From assembly GCA_024704765.1 (NCBI GenBank), contig JAKMXF010000022.1:635055-699054 (forward strand): a DNA stretch of 64,000 nucleotides, given 5' to 3'. A model generated the notes under the pieces. That model was not told the origin of the DNA. It ran no database searches and saw nothing but the letters and a program-made list of their open reading frames with translations. Source of the stretch: Oopsacas minuta. Its lineage: Eukaryota > Animalia > Porifera. Of this stretch, positions 60,093 through 64,000 are shown in pieces. Made by a program: the position numbers and the translations under genes. The first letter of the stretch is position 1. Every line of letters begins with the position of its first letter.

Positions 60093-61328
60093 ATGAGTTC
60101 GTCACGAGAAATCGAGACTAACAACTGTTGTATAATTCAAGTTACAAACATTTCTCCTTCATGTACCTCTCTCCAGGTTGAGACTCTCTTCTCTCTCCTG
60201 GGTCACATCGAAGAGATGCATTTGTATCCCAAAGAGGAGACATCAGTCGTGTCTTGTCGCTCTTGTTGTATACGTTACTCCACCCCAGAAGAGGCTCGAT
60301 TAGCTACTCACCTAACTAACACTGTATTTATAGACAGAACTATCACTGTTGGACACCCACGCTTTGAGACGATAGCTTCTGAGAGGCAGGTTAGCTACTC
60401 CGAGCTTATGAGTCCTGAGGTACACCGACAGGACTCTAGAGGGGAATCTCCACGGTCTGACCCTGCTATGCAGGATGAGATACGTCGTACTATCTATGTA
60501 GGTAATCTAGCACATGAAACTACTGCTGAGCAGGTTATGAAGTTCTTTGTGGGGTGTGGCGAGATTAAGTTTGTGAGAATGGCAGGTGATCAGTCTCAGG
60601 CGTCAAGATTCGCGTTTTTAGAGTTTACAGATCCGAACTCTATCACACAGGCTATTCAGATGAACGGCGCTATATTCGGGGACAGACCATTGAAAGTTAA
60701 TCACTCTAAGAAAGCTATTGTTAAGCCTAATAACGCTCTGTTGAGATTGGATCCATATTCAAAGGAGAGTGAGGCCTTGAGACGTGTACAGGAGGCTAGC
60801 AGGTTCATTTCTGAGGTAGTGGGGACTAATGAGGAGCATCGTTCCTCTCGTAGTAAGTCCCGTGAGTATAGGAGACCTGGTTACAGTAGCAGGAGGTACA
60901 CGAGGTCTCCAGACTCCAGAAGAGAAAGGTACCAATCCAGGAGCAGATCTCCTGACGAATTCAGGGAACGACAATACTCCAAGAGTTCTAACCATGAGTA
61001 CTCTGAGAAAGCGGATAAACATAGATCATCTGAAAGGAAGAATGGACACCATCACTCTAGAGAGGAGACAAAGACTTCAAAACGTTCTCACTCACACAAA
61101 GAGGGTAGATCTCAGCACTCAGAGAGCCACTCCAGGAGGAAAGATTCGGAGAGACGCTCCCACGTACACGTGAAGAGTAGCACCTACTCTGACGAATCCC
61201 CTCCCAAGCATAAGAGCAAATCTAAACACTCTAAAAAGCACAAGCACCATCACGATCATGAGGAGCATTCTTCTTCATCAAGGAAGAAATCTAGGAGATA
61301 TGAACCAGACTCAGACATGGAGTATTAG
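60093..61328 (+). CDS. SREK1: SR-related splicing regulator with two RRMs (SREK1/SRSF11 family), intronless, 411 aa
   Basis: RRM1 IQVTNISPS...VFIDR; RRM2 EIRRTIYVGNL...GEIKFVRMAGD...RFAFLEF...GDRPLKVNHS..AIVKP; RS/His/Lys-rich tail. Confidence 0.85.
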   Translation: MSSSREIETNNCCIIQVTNISPSCTSLQVETLFSLLGHIEEMHLYPKEETSVVSCRSCCIRYSTPEEARLATHLTNTVFIDRTITVGHPRFETIASERQVSYSELMSPEVHRQDSRGESPRSDPAMQDEIRRTIYVGNLAHETTAEQVMKFFVGCGEIKFVRMAGDQSQASRFAFLEFTDPNSITQAIQMNGAIFGDRPLKVNHSKKAIVKPNNALLRLDPYSKESEALRRVQEASRFISEVVGTNEEHRSSRSKSREYRRPGYSSRRYTRSPDSRRERYQSRSRSPDEFRERQYSKSSNHEYSEKADKHRSSERKNGHHHSREETKTSKRSHSHKEGRSQHSESHSRRKDSERRSHVHVKSSTYSDESPPKHKSKSKHSKKHKHHHDHEEHSSSSRKKSRRYEPDSDMEY

Positions 61329-61846
61329 CGCAATTAACAGGTGCATTGAGAAATCAGCTAATAACTGTTAGTACATAATTAGCAGAGAGTAAGACACATA
61401 GTTTTGGATTAATGATAATAATAAATAATCAATAAATAGCTAATGGTATAATATTATTGACTCTCTGTTAATTTATCCTGTCCCTTCAAAATGTATTACC
61501 AGGCAGGAGACTAATAGTACGAGGCTAAAGAGATGGGAACTACGCTAGAGCATATGCATACGTATAATACCAATATGTTATATAACAGACACCGATCATG
61601 GTTAGTAATTTCTACCGGTACTAAGGGCTTGAACATATTTGAGAGTATATTTGTAATTTCAATTTCTCTCTCTCTCTTGTCTCAGATCTGGACGACAACA
61701 GACAACTGGAATGTGATATTTTTCTTTCTTGATCTTCTCCAGATGGATTATGTTATCTGTTCTCACTCAAGGAAGTATGCTCTTAGGTCACATGGTTGTT
61801 GTAATATCCAATTACAAGAGACACCGAGATTATTAACTCATATTCT

Positions 61847-61978
61847 CAGGGCGCCGAACTTTCTAACAAACTTGAAGGATCCAGGGTTGGGCTCACACAT
61901 GATTTTTTATTAGCTCTATGGGTTTGCAACAAATTCTGGGGGCTGAGCCCCCCTGCCCCCTCGTGTTCGGCGCTTATG
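61847..61978. mobile_element. Short hAT-like MITE remnant
   Basis: GCGCCGAAC (61851-61859) and GTTCGGCGC (61965-61973) are inverted; internal GGGGCTGAGCCCCC. No TSD found. Confidence 0.45.
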
Positions 61979-62368
61979 CCTAGCTTATAAGTGCATGAAT
62001 CAATTGTGTAAATATGTTACCATGAAAACAACCAACTTTTGCTCCCTATGTTATACTGAAATGTATAGCCGTGGACTATTACAAATTATTATTTATTTGT
62101 TTTCATACATTCTCTGTCTCTACAGCCAGCAGCTTTACATCAAAGTTCTTTAGCGAATCCTCCCTTTAGACCTCAGTAGAGACAATTCGACAACTTCATT
62201 GAAAAGATCATGCCCACTCAAATATAAACAGGATAACTTGTGTTTAGCATGTTTGTTTGCTAAACTGTGTTCATTATACTGAGCACAATGTGCATGTTCA
62301 GCCTAGATTCGATATTCATCTAACTATTATTTGAGTATATATTTAGTTATCACAGTTAGCTAGTTGCA

Positions 62369-63106
62369 ATGCAGACTGATGACGTAATCTGGGGATTAAT
62401 TAACAAGGGCTTCTGTTCTTTCAAGGCTCCTAATCGTCCTCTCACATTCTGTAAGAACAAATACAACCTTACAGGTATCTGCTCTAAAAGCATGTGTCCG
62501 CTAGCTAACAGTAGATACGCTACAGTACGTGAACATAGAGGTATGATTTATTTGTATATGAAGACGATAGAGCGATCACATCTTCCTTCTAAATTGTGGG
62601 AGAGAGTTAAACTGTCTAGAAATTATGAAAAAGCTCTGAAACAAATAAACGCTCATCTTATCTACTGGCCTAAGTACATGATCAATAAGTGTAAACAGAG
62701 ATTAACCAGGATTACTCAGTACTTGATTCGAATGCGGAAATTGAAATCTCGCAAAACTGAGAAGATTATCCCCATCAGTCGGAGGACTGAGAAACTTGAA
62801 AAGAGGAAGGAATTACGCGCATTAAATGTAGCTCAGCTAGACACAGCGATTGAAAAACAGCTGCTCAACAGACTTGAGACTGGAGTGTACGGAGATATTT
62901 ATAACTTTCCTGAGAAAGAATTCATAGAACAGGTGGTTTCAGATACGGAGAGTGAGACAGAGTTTGTAGCAGATGATGAGATTGAGGAATCAGAAACATC
63001 TGATGTGGAAGATGTGAAATCTATCCAATCAGAACCTGATTTGGAATATGAATACGAAGTAGAAGGATTGCCTAAAGGCAAAAAGATTAAATTACTAACG
63101 AATTGA
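62369..63106 (+). CDS. MAK16: 60S ribosome biogenesis protein MAK16, intronless, 245 aa
   Basis: [27 protein letters not shown]...[53 protein letters not shown], acidic tail. Confidence 0.97.
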   Translation: MQTDDVIWGLINKGFCSFKAPNRPLTFCKNKYNLTGICSKSMCPLANSRYATVREHRGMIYLYMKTIERSHLPSKLWERVKLSRNYEKALKQINAHLIYWPKYMINKCKQRLTRITQYLIRMRKLKSRKTEKIIPISRRTEKLEKRKELRALNVAQLDTAIEKQLLNRLETGVYGDIYNFPEKEFIEQVVSDTESETEFVADDEIEESETSDVEDVKSIQSEPDLEYEYEVEGLPKGKKIKLLTN

Positions 63107-63315
63107 TTTTAAATATTATTAATAGTACTAGTCAAATAAACAAGTTTGTATGGCAATCTGCGATTTCGCCAACATAACTAATTGAACGTTTGTATTTTCT
63201 TGTACTCCAAACTGCTGGTGAGTTTACCACACAAAATGTGATTATATTTCTGACACAAACGTAGACCATCTTATTAGTATTACCCCCTAAACTATTCACT
63301 GGAATAAAGCACAAG

Positions 63316-64000
63316 ATGGGAGATAAGAGAAAGTTACAAGCTGAGATTGAACGAACATTAAAAAAAGTTCAAGAAGGCGTTGACCAATTCGATGAAATAT
63401 TTGGGAAAGTACAAACTGCAGCTAACAATAATCAAAAAGAAAAGTATGAAGGAGAACTCAAGAAGGAGATAAAAAAGCTCCAAAGAATGAGAGACCAAAT
63501 CAAAGCCTGGGCAACTTCGAATGACATCAAGGATAAAAAACCCTTACAAGAGTCACGAAAAAGAATCGAAGCGCAAATGGAAAAATTCAAAGTTATCGAG
63601 AGAGAAACAAAAGCCAAACCTTTCTCGAAAGAAGGACTTGGGATGGCAGCTAAGGTAAAGTTTCCTACCTAGAATATTTCTAAAATTTCTATTTTCTCCA
63701 TAAATATTAACATTTCTACTTATATAGGTGGATCCTATGCAAAAGGAGCAAGAAGAGTTGAATGATTGGCTGACGGAAACAATTTACAGACTCAATGTAC
63801 AAGTAGACCAGTTTGACTCGGAAATTGACAGTTTGTATGTGGGCAGTAAGAAAAAGAAACTGGACAGAGATAAGCAAGAGACTGTAGATGAACTGACAAA
63901 TAGGAAAGAAAAACACAAGTTCCACATACAGGTACGACCTTATCTTATTTACCATGCTAATACATTTCACTATGGGTCTGAATCTTTCTAGGAAAACTGC
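63316..64000 (+). CDS. CNOT3: CCR4-NOT subunit 3, 5' part, runs off the window
   Basis: Exons 63316-63654, 63728-63931, 63992-end. [22 protein letters not shown]...[26 protein letters not shown]...[21 protein letters not shown] is the Not3 N-terminal domain. Confidence 0.96.

Noticed and set aside
61533-61913. 126-aa ORF between SREK1 and MAK16
   Set aside because: No recognisable motifs, low-complexity composition, and its 3' end runs into a MITE remnant.

Overview
AT-rich, gene-dense eukaryotic (animal) DNA with many very short GT-AG introns (53-70 nt) and many intronless genes. The style suggests a compact early-branching metazoan genome, possibly a hexactinellid sponge; this is inference from architecture only. 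Splicing the ORF track by hand gives about 21 protein-coding genes, 18 of them on the + strand. In order: EXOC6/Sec15, EEFSEC, a Fe65/APBB-like adaptor (WW-WW-PTB-PTB-PTB), an ARNT/BMAL-type bHLH-PAS factor, a very small KNL1-like kinetochore protein, neutral ceramidase ASAH2 with a TAK1-like kinase nested on the same strand in its third intron, cytochrome b5 reductase, a Nucleotid_trans/GT77-type glycosyltransferase, VPS16, a 978-aa flavin monooxygenase + membrane hairpin + RTN4IP1-like MDR reductase fusion, a long PH/coiled-coil gene (PLEKHA-like) hosting an antisense PHAX and a MULE element, a selenoprotein M-like gene with in-frame UGA and a GUGA-type SECIS (missed by the ORF track), CCDC138, two convergent NHL-repeat genes, SDHA, SREK1, MAK16 and the 5' part of CNOT3. 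Intergenic and intronic space holds hAT, MULE and Tc1-like non-autonomous elements and tandem repeats. Best leads: the monooxygenase-reductase fusion; the miniature KNL1; operon-like same-strand packing with splice-acceptor-like sites just before start codons (possible SL trans-splicing); the same-strand nested kinase. All family calls come from recalled motifs; no database search was run.
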